This document shows, in pieces, positions 53,214 to 64,000 of a stretch of 64,000 nucleotides of DNA. The notes under the pieces were generated by a model. It made no database searches, was not told where the DNA came from, and saw only the letters and a list, made by a program, of their open reading frames with translations. The first letter of the stretch is position 1, and the number at the start of each line of letters is the position of its first letter. A program made the position numbers and the translations under genes. This stretch comes from Zygnema circumcarinatum SAG 698-1b. Taxonomy: Eukaryota > Plantae > Zygnematophyceae. Where the stretch lies: the NCBI GenBank assembly GCA_037447605.1, contig CM074814.1:2170001-2234000 (forward strand), written 5' to 3'.

Positions 53214-54850
53214 ATGCAGCCCTCCATGGCCTCCGAGCTTCCCACCCCGCGCTCCCGCACTGCTCATTCAAGCTTTCAGCTTGAGGCTCCCACCTGCTCC
53301 TCTTCCCACAGCGCCGATCCCCCTCCTCCCCTCTCCTCGCCGCTCCCTTCCATCCCTGCAGACTGGCGCCAAGACATGCCTTCTCCTGGAAGGCGGCATC
53401 TCTACCAGACACAAAACAGCATGAAGAAGTCTGCTTCCAACTCCCTTCTACCGAGACAGCAGCAGCAACAGCAGCAGACGCACTTTAGAAACACCATTCT
53501 TCTTTTCGCAATGGTGCAGGTTTTTATAGTGTGGTTAGTTGTAACTGCAGTTGTTTATCTTCAGGATTTTGCCTTAAAACCAATCACCGTTGCAGGGATC
53601 CAGAATGGAGCAAGCCAGGGCTCTACAATAGGGCAGGATTCTCTCCTCCGGAAGATTGGACAACGACTGAGGCATAGCTGTCCTTTACATCCTCCAGTAT
53701 GTAGATCGGAGTCGGAATTGATTCCTGAGTCGTTGCGAGAGCTGAATCATTCGGTTTCAAGAAGCAAAAGCGACCTTCCAATGGTTTTTTTTTTCGCTGG
53801 AATTGAAGGATCAGGGCACAAATTTTTTGAACAAGTGTTTCGAAACCTTCCCGTCAATTTTTCAAGTGAGCTTCTTCTTCCATAAGTGAAGTCCTGTGCA
53901 CTTTCCTTTCTTTCGCATGACGGGGGGCGGTGTTTTAGCTCAGGGGAAAAGCCCATCTCCATGATTGGTGCAGACGATGCTTTTTCTGTTAGTGATGATG
54001 AGTGAAGGTAATTTGAGAGTTGATACCGCTGCCAGTGGAGTTCCTGAAGACAAATTTAGAATTTGTCAAGTCATGCGATGCGGTTCATTAAATATTTTGT
54101 AAAGAAGAACTTGATGCCTACAAACACGTTATGTGAGCATTAACTATGGGAGGGAGTATGGTAGAGGAGACTTGTGAGGCTTAGAATAATGAAATATACA
54201 GAACAGCCTGAAAAGATGCCTTGCCTGTGATGAGGTTCCTCCTCCTTCGAAAATATAATAATAAGGACCACAGCATTGAAAGTTCTCCTTCCATGTCTTT
54301 CATTGCAAAAATAAAGCGGGACCCTTCTTGAATATCTATCTCCTTTCTACCCGTAAAATGTGCTCATGGCAGTGTAAGACTGACTTGAGAAAACTACAAA
54401 GCATCTGAAATCTATAGCGTCGAAGTAACCCACAACGGCAATCCAACTTTGAACCTCGTCAAGAACACATTGAGGTTGATTTCTTGCCCTGAAACTCCCC
54501 TTAACTCTTGTGTTTAGGGCGTGAATGGTGGCGGTGAACTCAGTTGTTGCTTTCGAACCGGAATTACATCTGACCGTGGATGAGAACCAAACGAACGTGC
54601 ATCCGCGAGTGGCACAAAAATATGCAGAGTATGCCCCTTTCTGCCTTTGCTTTCTCGTTCCTTTTCCTCTCACCATATCACTCCCCAAACTTTCTATGCT
54701 TAAAAGCCTCGACAGCACAAACACCAAATTCTGAATATTCCTTTCGATGTTGATGTTTTCCCTTCAGCTGTCCAAAACTTCCATATGCTCGTCCGCTAAA
54801 AGAGTATGCACGCGAGATGGCCCACCGGCTAAGAGCGGCTGGAGAAGGTG
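53214..54850 (+). CDS. Type II membrane sulfotransferase-like protein, incomplete (runs toward the assembly gap)
   Basis: Long first exon (to ~53866) with TM ILLFAMVQVFIVWLVVTAVVYL, then FFFAGIEGSGHKFF resembling the 5'-phosphosulfate-binding loop; downstream exons tentative. Confidence 0.5.
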
Positions 54851-55082
54851 AAAATTCGCACACCCACTTCCAATTTCGCAACACTCCTTGCTTCCCTCGC
54901 CTCCTTTAAACCCTGCCTTCCTTCCTTCCTTCCTTCCTTCCTACCTTTCATTTGAACAGTAAACAAAAGCACCTAAATTACGAAAGGCCATTTCCAAATT
55001 TCCCTCTCCCCTCTCTCCCCTGCCCTCCTCCCCTCTTTCTTCCCTCCACCCCCGAAATATGAACTACTGAAATGGACCAGAT

Positions 55083-55182
55083 NNNNNNNNNNNNNNNNNN
55101 NNNNNNNNNNNNNNNNNNNNNNNNNNNNNNNNNNNNNNNNNNNNNNNNNNNNNNNNNNNNNNNNNNNNNNNNNNNNNNNNNN
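55083..55182. other. Assembly gap (100 N, probably a placeholder of unknown size)
   Basis: Run of exactly 100 N. Confidence 0.99.
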
Positions 55183-56460
55183 TTACCTTCCCATCAAGGA
55201 TGCTTGATTCCTGTGCAATAACAAAAGACTGCTCGAAAGTGCTAGCCTGAATCGTGAAATGAATCATGGCACCCAGACAGCGTCTGCGTGCGCTTTGAAC
55301 TGCAGGATTCCCCATTGGCAGAATGCGTTTTTGGAGTCTGTGATGATATTAATGAACATGTTGCGCAATACTCTGGGAAATTTCTTATCTTTCAAATAGA
55401 ACTGCAAGCATTGCTGCATATTTTTGTAAATTTGGAAAATTTCGAGTGATTCATGGAGGAACAAGAACAGATTACATTTGGATTTCAGCAAAAAGCACGC
55501 TCACACATTGCTGGAGAAACGAGGAGACGTAACAAACAGCATGTACGAATGCATTCGTGTATTTTGCAAAATAGAAGGTGTGTCGATGAGTTAATATTAA
55601 ATGAATAAGCCATCCTCTTTATTGTGATCGAATGAAAGAAGGGTAATCATAGGAACATAAAATTTGGACCGTGCGAAATACTCTTAATCATTCGCAAAGC
55701 GGATAAGTGCGAGGGTTTAGAAAGAGGAACAAGTTTTCGTCGTCACTTAGAAACCCACAGTTGAAACCGAAAAAAGTATGGGTGTGATTGATGTATCCAG
55801 GAAGGCAAGCTACTCTCTGAAACGTGCTACATGCTATGGGGAAATAAACTCAGCTGCAATACCGCATACATGCATACATCTGGAAATGTTAAGAAGTTGT
55901 GCTGGCCTTGGCGCGAGTGGAGCGATAGGCAAACACCTAAAAGACAACGAAGACAGAGCCGAGTGTCAAGCCTGAGGACGTTTTTTCTTCAGAACGACTA
56001 AGGTCGTAATTTTCACGTATTTATATTCGGTGCTTCTTTTTATGTGGGAAAAGTAAAAAGCAATCTTCTTAAATGATAGGTGGTGGTGGTTGCACACCGG
56101 ATTTGTACGAGCAGAGGAGCAAAATGGCTTACAGGATGAACTTTCTCGAATCTGAATAAGAGCAATGTCAGAAAAACAATGCTTTTGAATGCAGCGTTCA
56201 ACATGGAACTCGAACATGCGTCGCTTATTCGTAATGAATTGAGCCGGTTTTGGATATTCTCCCACAATTTTCTTCTCCTTCCCCCCTGCATGGCAAATCT
56301 TCCTGCTTTCTGCTCGCCTGCTGGCGCTTGGCCTCCACGCAAGGCGCCATGTGTCGGCACCATGTAGATTGATGCCGCCATGCCTATACCTCGGCCAGAG
56401 ATGCACTCAGTATTGTAGTTCTCAAGCCGCCTGCAGAAGAAGGTACTTCTGCAAGCTGCG

Positions 56461-56976
56461 ATGCTGCGCTCGCCTGCGCCTCTCCTTGGCAGAAGCTCTG
56501 TCCAGCTCGTCTTACAGCCTGCAAGCATCTCATCTCTCGTTCTCCGCCCTCAGGAGAAGCAGTCTGTCTGGAAGCAGGCTCAGAAGGGGCGGCAAGTGCG
56601 AGCCATGGCGGGGATAGTGGACGTGATAACAGGCAAGAAGGGCAGGAAGCTGCCTGACGTGGTGGAGGCGAGTATTGACGAGCTGCGCAACTCCAAGTGG
56701 GAGTTTGAGAAGACGATGCGAGAGGCGAAGAAGGCGAGCAAGCCGGCGGATGATGTGAGGAAGGATGCGCTCCTGGTGGGAGCACAGGCCCGGCTCAGTC
56801 AGGCGCATCAGAACTACTGCAATGCTTTTGTGCTGTGGAGCGAAAAGTGCTTCGAACTTGACGAGCTTGTATCGGATGAAGATCGCAAACGGCTCAATCT
56901 TCCATCCGATGAGAATCCTCCAGTAGGTACACAAGGGGAAACAGCTGCTTCTGAGGAAACAGCTGCTTCTGGATGA
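56461..56976 (+). CDS. Orphan protein X copy 1, intronless, probable plastid transit peptide
   Basis: 171-aa ORF; Ser/Arg-rich N-terminus ending RQVRA|MAG; high identity with copy 2. Confidence 0.7.
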   Translation: MLRSPAPLLGRSSVQLVLQPASISSLVLRPQEKQSVWKQAQKGRQVRAMAGIVDVITGKKGRKLPDVVEASIDELRNSKWEFEKTMREAKKASKPADDVRKDALLVGAQARLSQAHQNYCNAFVLWSEKCFELDELVSDEDRKRLNLPSDENPPVGTQGETAASEETAASG

Positions 56977-57950
56977 CTCCCAGGAGAGGAAAAGTAGGAT
57001 GTGCCGCTGGTCTGAAGGAGATTGTGGAGGCAGATAGACTTCAGTGCATCTTTTCTTGTGCATGAATCTGAGACCAAACAGATTTTGAAGCACGTAAGGA
57101 ATTGTAACCTGTACAAAGTTAGGCATGCAGACATTTGATACTCCAAAAGTGGCTGCGGGATAATTTCTCTCACTTTTGTGTTTCCTTGTCAGGTTTGCCG
57201 ACCCTTTTGCTGTTTCAGGTCGACAAATTGCATGCATGTTTGGGTTTTTCCTTTTTGGAATAAAATGAGGATTGGCCTGTGGACGTAAGAGATTATCGTG
57301 TGCTGTTTCAGAAATTATCTGAAGAGTGTCCCCTGAATTGGTTCAGATTGTTTTGATAATCTAAGGATTGTTGATAATATAAGAGAATTTGATGTCATGA
57401 AAATTCTTGCTTGTTTCCTGCTGCTGTGAAGTGAACGATGTTTTCACCATCTTTGGGGATTCTGCGTGTGATCGCGAGAGAGAGAGCGAGAGAGAGCGAG
57501 AGAGAGGGAGAGGGGGCATTATGTCCAGCTTTAACAATGACAGATCCGAAAAAATTCAGAAACGGAAATACCGGGCACGATACAGGATGTTGCTGCATCA
57601 CGAATGTAAAATTTATGCATCTGATTGAACCGCTCAACCAAGATCTTTCAGATCTTATAAAAAAAGGGGGGTATCAAAACAGTTTGGATACCCAACAAAG
57701 CGACCAAATCCTCTTCCTACTCCCACCCTGTCTATAGTCTTTCATACATCCTGCAGGACCTTAGAAACTCCTAGACACACTGCAGCAAATAGAGAGTCTA
57801 TTACTTACATCTGCCAAATGCAAACAAACCAAACTCTTATGTTTGAAAAACAACATCCGCACTGCCTGACCAGAGGGCAACCAACCAAACCCTGACTGCA
57901 TGCTTCAACCTCTACCAACCATTGCAAGCAAGCTCTCCTCCAGCCCCTCC

Positions 57951-59643
57951 TCAATAGAGCGGCGTTCCCAAGGCAGTGGAGGGGTGCGTGAGGTAGTAGT
58001 TGGCGATGTTGCCGGCGGCCCCTCTCGGCCAGAAGCCGCCGGGCTTGGAGGGGCTGCCGGTTCCGTACACAATGCTAAGAGTCTGCGCGGGGTTGCGCGC
58101 GTAGGAGAGCGAGTCCGCGTTGGCGGAGAGGATGTTGGTTGTGGTTCTATTCTCCGCTCCGAGGTATTGGGGCACCACAATGTTCTCGTCGTCGATGGTG
58201 TCAGATCCATCCAAGCGGTCGCGGAGCTGCACATGCATGCATAGGTGAGGACGAGAAACCCCCCTCTAAAGCAAAACAATGAGCATTAATAGCTCTGTTT
58301 CGATTAGGCTTTGTCCTCCCTGGGGCCCCAAAAAGCTCACCGAAGTAATCAAGCCGGTTACTTCCACCACCTTTTGTGGCTCGGGTAGAGCCACCGCATT
58401 CCGCTTCCACCACAGCGTGGATCGCAGGATCGCATCCTGCCCGCCCTCCACTCCTAACACGCCCGCCAAGAGCTGCCGAACCCAAGCCCATGCTCAGTCA
58501 AAGATATTACATCCAGAAACTCCTTTTGTACTCATTTCAAAGCTTTATCAAGCAAGGTACAAAGACGACATCTTATTTGCAACAGTTGGAAAGAATAAGA
58601 CATACCTCTTTGGCAGGGATTGTATTGAGGAGGGGGTTTGCGCCGACATAGGCGGTGAGGCCCACGTACGGCAGAGTGAAGGCACCCAGAAGCCAACTCA
58701 AGTCGTTCACATATGGGTTGAATGGAACCTCCGGTTCGGCCCCTGCTGCTTCCTTGAAGAGAACAGCCCATGCGTTGCCAATGTCGATGAAAGGGCGGGG
58801 AATTTGCTGGTCTCCAAGAAACTCGCGGATGATTCTGTACACACGCAGTGGCAGAAACAGAACATTGCCTCGCCCACCAAATGGTTATGCGTTTCGAACT
58901 ACGAGGATCAATGTCAACAAGCTACGAAAGTCTCACCATTTACTATGTTATGCTGTTGCACCGATGTTGGGGATTCGATTCATAAAGCATTAGAACTGAG
59001 ATAAAACTGAACAAGTTTCCACTAAAAATAAACTTCAGGAAGTGGCAGCATTTTCACCTGATGTGGCCAATCTCCTGGAAAGCCAACATTTGCGCTATTT
59101 TCTCGACTTCTGGTGACAAAGAGGCCTTCTTCCCACCAATGGGAGGAGGGCCGCCTCCGTTGAGCTCGGGGGCAAAGGCGTCGAGGCCGACTCCAAAGGC
59201 GGAGAAAAGATAGAACTCTGCCTCCAGGTGCTCTAAATTGAGGGCCAGCTGCGAGGTTTACAAGTGAAGTGAGAAAATAAAAATTTAGTCAAACGAGAAG
59301 GTATGGCGGGGTTTAGGTAAGGAGCACTGTTTGCCGAGTTCGTTGATAACCCGGGCATTGCCTCTCATGTGTACGAAAGAAAGAAAATTCTCAAAGAAAC
59401 GTGGCAAAGGAAAAAGAAACCAAGTTTACGTTTCATATTTTTGTAGCACCCGGAAAGTCAAAACACCAGCAGCATGCAGCTGCAGAATTTAGAAGCGCTG
59501 CTGCTGACCTGGAAGAGGTCCGTCTCGCTGAGGGGAACCCCAGGTGGAGCAGGCGGGGCAGTCGGCAGCTGCGCCATGGCGGGCATCCACGCCCCTGCTA
59601 GGAGCAACACCGCCACGAAAAACACCGGAGACCTCATCGCCAT
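57951..59643 (-). CDS. PCC13-62: Desiccation-related protein PCC13-62-like (ferritin-like domain), copy 1, secreted
   Basis: Exons 59509-59643, 59058-59248, 58606-58834, 58341-58472, 57951-58226. Signal peptide, LALNLEHLEAEFY, GGPPPIG, QEIGHIR, PFNPY, LLAGVLGVEGGQDA, NILSANADSLSYARNP, GGFWPRGAAG. Confidence 0.92.
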
Positions 59644-60543
59644 AGCGTCTCCTTACTACCTCCTCCCTATGTTTCCCCTCTCCTCCCTATCCCTAGTCAC
59701 TTGTTGCCACTCCTCTCCCACTTCGCCCACTTTTGATACCCTATCGTACTCCTGAGTCTGTGAGAGTTGGTCCGCCCTCATCTATTTGTGGTGCCATGAG
59801 GCAATAGGGATGCGCGAAAGGCGAAGGTATACGAGGAGGGGTGTGACGGCACGTCGATGCGTCGCCAAAGCGGAGCTGCATGACCATGCAAGGCCGCCGG
59901 ACAACTCGAAACCCGCCGACGATGGTCTCCGTGTACCGCACAGTTTCAGTCGAACTGAGATTTGAGCTCTCCGTTAAGTTCAGTTCAGTTCAGTTAAAAG
60001 AAGGACAAAAAAACTTCCCGTAAACAGTGAGACTGGACTTAACTGCCATGTAACAAAACGTCACATGTGGAGCAATGAGCTGTACGGTATGTCCTTCAGC
60101 GGTTCCTTCTTCGTGGTTTCGACGGGAGGAAACCACGAGGAGGGTCTAGAACTGTGCGCCATATGGGTGTGTGAGAAAGAGAAGCGATTGGACAAAGTGT
60201 GAGCGTTCCAATCCATGCAACGGAGAGCAATGTGAATGCAGCGGAGGGAGATGGCCGTAGGATTGGCCTCACAGATGTACAGTGAACACGTAGTTGCTCC
60301 CTTCACCGCTGTATGCAGAGAGCGGAGCAACTTGCTGTCTGCCTCGTCGCATGGGAGAGCTTCTGCTCCATTTCTGTCACGCCTGTTGGCGCTTGGCCGC
60401 CATGCAGCATTCCAGCTGTCGGTGCCATGCAGGCTGCAGTCGCCATGGCTATATCTTGGGCAGCGCTTTCTCTCTCTCTGCACTCTCTCTCTTTCTGTGT
60501 TGTAATCTCGCGCCTGCAGCAGATATTTCTGCACATCTGCAAA

Positions 60544-61065
60544 ATGTTGTGCTCGCCTGCAGCGTTTCTTTGCCGGAGCTCTGTCCGGCTCGCCTTACAG
60601 CCTGCAAGCATCTCATCTTTTGTCCTCCGCCCTAAGGAGACGCTGTCTCCCTGGAAGCAGGCACAGAAAAGGCAGCAAGTGCGAGCCATGGCGGGGATAG
60701 TGGACGTGATCACAGGCATGAAGGGCAGGAAGCTGCCTGACGTGGTGGAGGCGAGTATTGACGAGCTGCGCAACTCCAAGTGGGAGTTTGAGAAGACGAT
60801 GAGAGAGGCGAAGAAGGCGAGCAAGCCGGCGGATGATGTGAAGATGGATGCACGCTTAGTGGGAGCGCAGGCCCGGCTCCTTGAGGCGCATCAGAACTAC
60901 TGCAATGCCTTTTCACTTTGGCGAGAGAAGGGCTTCGATCTTGTCGAGCTTTTATCGGATGAAGATCGCGCAAGGATCAATCTTCCAACTACGGACAGTG
61001 CTCCGATAATCGCAGAAGTGGAAGTGGAAGCTGCTGCGGCAGAGCTCCCGGGAGAGGGAAAGTAG
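60544..61065 (+). CDS. Orphan protein X copy 2, intronless, probable plastid transit peptide
   Basis: ATG 60544 aligns with ATG 56461; core MAGIVDVITG..DDV differs from copy 1 at one residue; flanks homologous. Confidence 0.7.
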   Translation: MLCSPAAFLCRSSVRLALQPASISSFVLRPKETLSPWKQAQKRQQVRAMAGIVDVITGMKGRKLPDVVEASIDELRNSKWEFEKTMREAKKASKPADDVKMDARLVGAQARLLEAHQNYCNAFSLWREKGFDLVELLSDEDRARINLPTTDSAPIIAEVEVEAAAAELPGEGK

Positions 61066-61685
61066 GATGTGCCGCGGATCTGAAGGAGGTTTTTGAAGGA
61101 GGTAGTCAATAGTGCATCGCTGTGCATGAATCTGAGACGAACGCAGATTTTTGGGAGAACATAAAAGAGTAGTAATCTGTAAAAACTAAACATGGAAACA
61201 TTCTTTCCAGAAACGCCTGTCGAATAGCATGAGCTTGCACTAGCTTGTCTCTTGCTCTGCTTTTCGATTTTCATTGTGACTGACAAAAGCACGTAAAACC
61301 CTAATAACCTGTAGTGCTGCTGATGTTTGCACATATAGCAACGTCCTTAGCGAAAATTTTGATGACAAGACTTGGTAGGAACAACCCTCTGAATCAAGTT
61401 CTAAAGGAAGTAAATCTGTATGTAATCTGAGTGAACAAATCTTTTCGAGTTTTATTGTGTCAAGCATGAGCTGGAAGCTGTGGCCTGGCTAATTCGAACC
61501 TTGAAAACTTAGAACTACACTTGGTTCTATTATGGTGCTGTTTCCCTACTGTTATGAAGATGTGTTGGAGATATTTTCCATCAATATGGCTATTCTTGTG
61601 AAGATTGCAAATGCTTGTTCGGAAAGAATGGCGAGGTGACTGTCAGAACATACTAAATTAGGATGTGTGATGAATTTCCATGTTC

Positions 61686-61690
<5 letters not shown>

Positions 61691-61733
<43 letters not shown>
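61691..61733. repeat. (GA)n microsatellite upstream of DRP copy 2
   Basis: Directly visible. Confidence 0.95.
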
Positions 61734-61735
<2 letters not shown>

Positions 61736-62241
61736 CTTCACTGCTTTCACCCAAAACCATCGCACGGACGGCCGACCCTCTCGCTGTCGTTTCCATGCTT
61801 CACGCAGTTCCGTGCCCAAATAAAACGGAACGGACCGCGACTGCCACACATAGAGCGGGCCGCGCCGCAGCGCGTGACTGCGCCTCCGGGCATATGTCCT
61901 CGTCGCGGCGTGGAGCGCTCCGCCACGTCAGCATCATTGTGCTGGAATTGCTTCTCGGCGCCACGTGTCGTGCTGCTACTCGCGGGCCAAGGCCGCGGGA
62001 TCGCCCCCTCGCATGCCGCCGGCGCTTGCAAAAAGTTGGCCAAGGGTAGACATAAAAGGAGAAGCCTGATCTGGTCTGCAGTACGAGGAAGCAGGCTTTG
62101 GAGACACAGGAAGGGAGGGAGAGGGAGGGAGAAGCGGGAAAGGAGAGGGGCTGAGATAGTGAGGGAGAGGGAGAGAGAAGCGGGAGAGGAGAGGAGGAAA
62201 GGGGCAGAGACAGAGAGAGGGAGAGAAAGGAAGCGGCCACA

Positions 62242-63887
62242 ATGTCGCGTATCTCTCTTGCGGCTATGGCGGTGCTTCTGCTGCTGGTGGGGCCATCCGC
62301 CATGGCGCTGATTCCCCCTCCTCCTCCTCCTCCGCCTGCGGCTCTGGGGGTTCCTCTCGGGGAGACTGATCTCTTCCAGGTCAGCGCTACATTGAATCTT
62401 ATGAAAATTAGGACGTCAGAAATTATGCAAGGATCGCTTTTAATATTGAGAAGCTGAGTTTTATTACGTTTCCCAATGAGAAAGGAAACGCCATGACTAA
62501 CGTAATGTTGATTTTCCGTATAAACTCTGGCAGCTGGCCCTCAATTTAGAGTATCTGGAAGCGGAGTTCTATCTTTTTTCAGCCTATGGGGTCGGTCTCG
62601 ACGCCTTTGCCCCCGAGCTCAATGGAGGCGGGCCTCCTCCCATTGGTGGAAGGAAAGCGAATTTGTCGCCCGAGGTGGAGAAAATAGCTGAAATGCTCGC
62701 CTTGCAGGAGATAGGGCACATCAGGTGAAGGTCCTTGTCTAATACCGCAGATCTTTAGCAAGCCCAGTCTCATTGTTGTTGAGTCTTTGCGCATCACTAT
62801 GTTCGCGCCATTGTGCAAGACATTTAGATGTGGGGAAAAATTACTGGACAATGCCGATTCCTTTCACTTTTCATGCAATCTACACCTATTTTAAATATTA
62901 AAGGAGGTACTTGCATGCAGAATTATCCGCGAGTTTCTTGGAGCCCAGCAAATTCCCCGTCCTCTCATAGACATTGGTACGGCGTGGTCGGTCCTTTTCG
63001 AGGAAGCAGCGGGAGCCACACCCTCCGTCCCATTCGACCCGTATGTGAACGACTTGAGTTGGCTTCTGGGTGCCTTCACTCTGCCCTATGTGGGCCTAAC
63101 CGCCTATGTCGGCGCCAACCCCCTCCTCTACTCAGTGGCGGCAAAGGAGGTAAAAGGAAGTTTGTTTGTTTTTATTGTTTGTTTCTGTTAGTCACTCATT
63201 TCCTTCGCAGGTAGAAGGGGAAAGACTTGCGAAAGATTGAAATTTCTAATTCACTGGAAACTTGAATTGTTTCGCCTGTGGCAGCTCTTGGCGGGCGTGT
63301 TGGGAGTGGAGGGCGGGCAAGATTCGCTCTTGCGCACAACGCTGTGGTGGAAGCGCAATGCGGTGGCGCTACCTCAGCCTCTGAAGGTGGTAGTCATGAC
63401 CGGCTTGATTACTTCGGTGAGCTTGCACGGCCTCACAAAACCCTTCCTTTTAAGAAAAAAAAAAAAGGAATCTAAAGCATAACAAGCCTCATTCAAACCA
63501 GAAGACCCCCTCCTTTGTAAAGGAGCCTTCTCCGGTAACTTTTAGTGATGCAAATGTGCCTTGAATTCTCGTTGTGAAGTGCTCCAACCCATGCATCTGA
63601 TGCATGTGCAGCTCCGCGACCGCTTGGATGGGTCTGACACCATCGAGGACGAAAACATTGTGGTGCCCCAATACCTCGGAGCGGAGAATAGGACCACAAC
63701 CAACATCCTCTCCGCCAACGCGGACTCGCTCTCCTACGCGCGCAACCCCGCGCAGACTCTTAGCATTGTGTACGGAACCGGCAGCCCCTCCAAGCCCGGC
63801 GGCTTCTGGCCGAGAGGGGCCGCCGGCAACATCGCCAACTACTACCTCACGCACCCCTCCACTGCCTTGGGAACGCCGCTCTATTGA
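62242..63887 (+). CDS. PCC13-62: Desiccation-related protein PCC13-62-like, copy 2, secreted
   Basis: Exons 62242-62379, 62534-62724, 62921-63149, 63285-63416, 63612-63887; exons 2-5 have the same lengths as copy 1 (191, 229, 132, 276 bp). Confidence 0.92.
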
Positions 63888-64000
63888 GGAGGGGCTGGAG
63901 GAGAGCTTGCTTGCAATGGTTGGTAGAGGTTGAAGCATGCAGTCAGGGTTTGGTTGGTTGCCCTCTGGTCAGGCAGTGCGGATGTTGTTTTTCAAACATA

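Noticed and set aside
54347-54727. 126-aa minus-strand ORF
   Set aside because: No recognisable motif; overlaps probable plus-strand exons and introns of the sulfotransferase-like gene.
60313-60543. Upstream in-frame extension of X copy 2 (250-aa ORF call)
   Set aside because: The homologous region upstream of copy 1 is not open in frame, so ATG 60544 is the more likely start.

Overview
Intron-rich eukaryotic DNA from a green plant, most compatible with a streptophyte; the species cannot be determined from the sequence. No rRNA, tRNA or CRISPR array was recognised. Genes, left to right: 3' half of a hybrid histidine kinase (+); calumenin-like EF-hand protein (+); conserved uncharacterised helical protein (-); RluA-type pseudouridine synthase (+); short ARM ORF (+); intronless CDPK-related kinase (-); TCAB1/WRAP53 with an apparently eroded 5' WD region (-); FAD monooxygenase with a partially duplicated exon (+); APO protein (-); secreted protein with a Pro-rich tail (-); Hsp31-like DJ-1/PfpI (+); sulfotransferase-like gene cut by a 100-N gap (+). 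The window ends in a duplicated two-gene module: an orphan, probably plastid-targeted protein X plus a PCC13-62-type desiccation-related ferritin-like protein, whose two inverted copies share 308 identical bp at their 3' ends. Non-coding highlights: a 2.8-kb cargo-carrying Tc1/mariner-type element, a related 493-bp MITE, chains resembling stacked excision footprints (TA-CAG-TA / TA-CTG-TA), a dispersed hairpin repeat, a recurrent AACCACGAGGA motif, two >1-kb intronic homopurine tracts, telomere-like arrays and ABRE/CE3/RY clusters in the right third. All family calls are from motif recognition by eye; no database search was run, and exon coordinates are manual.
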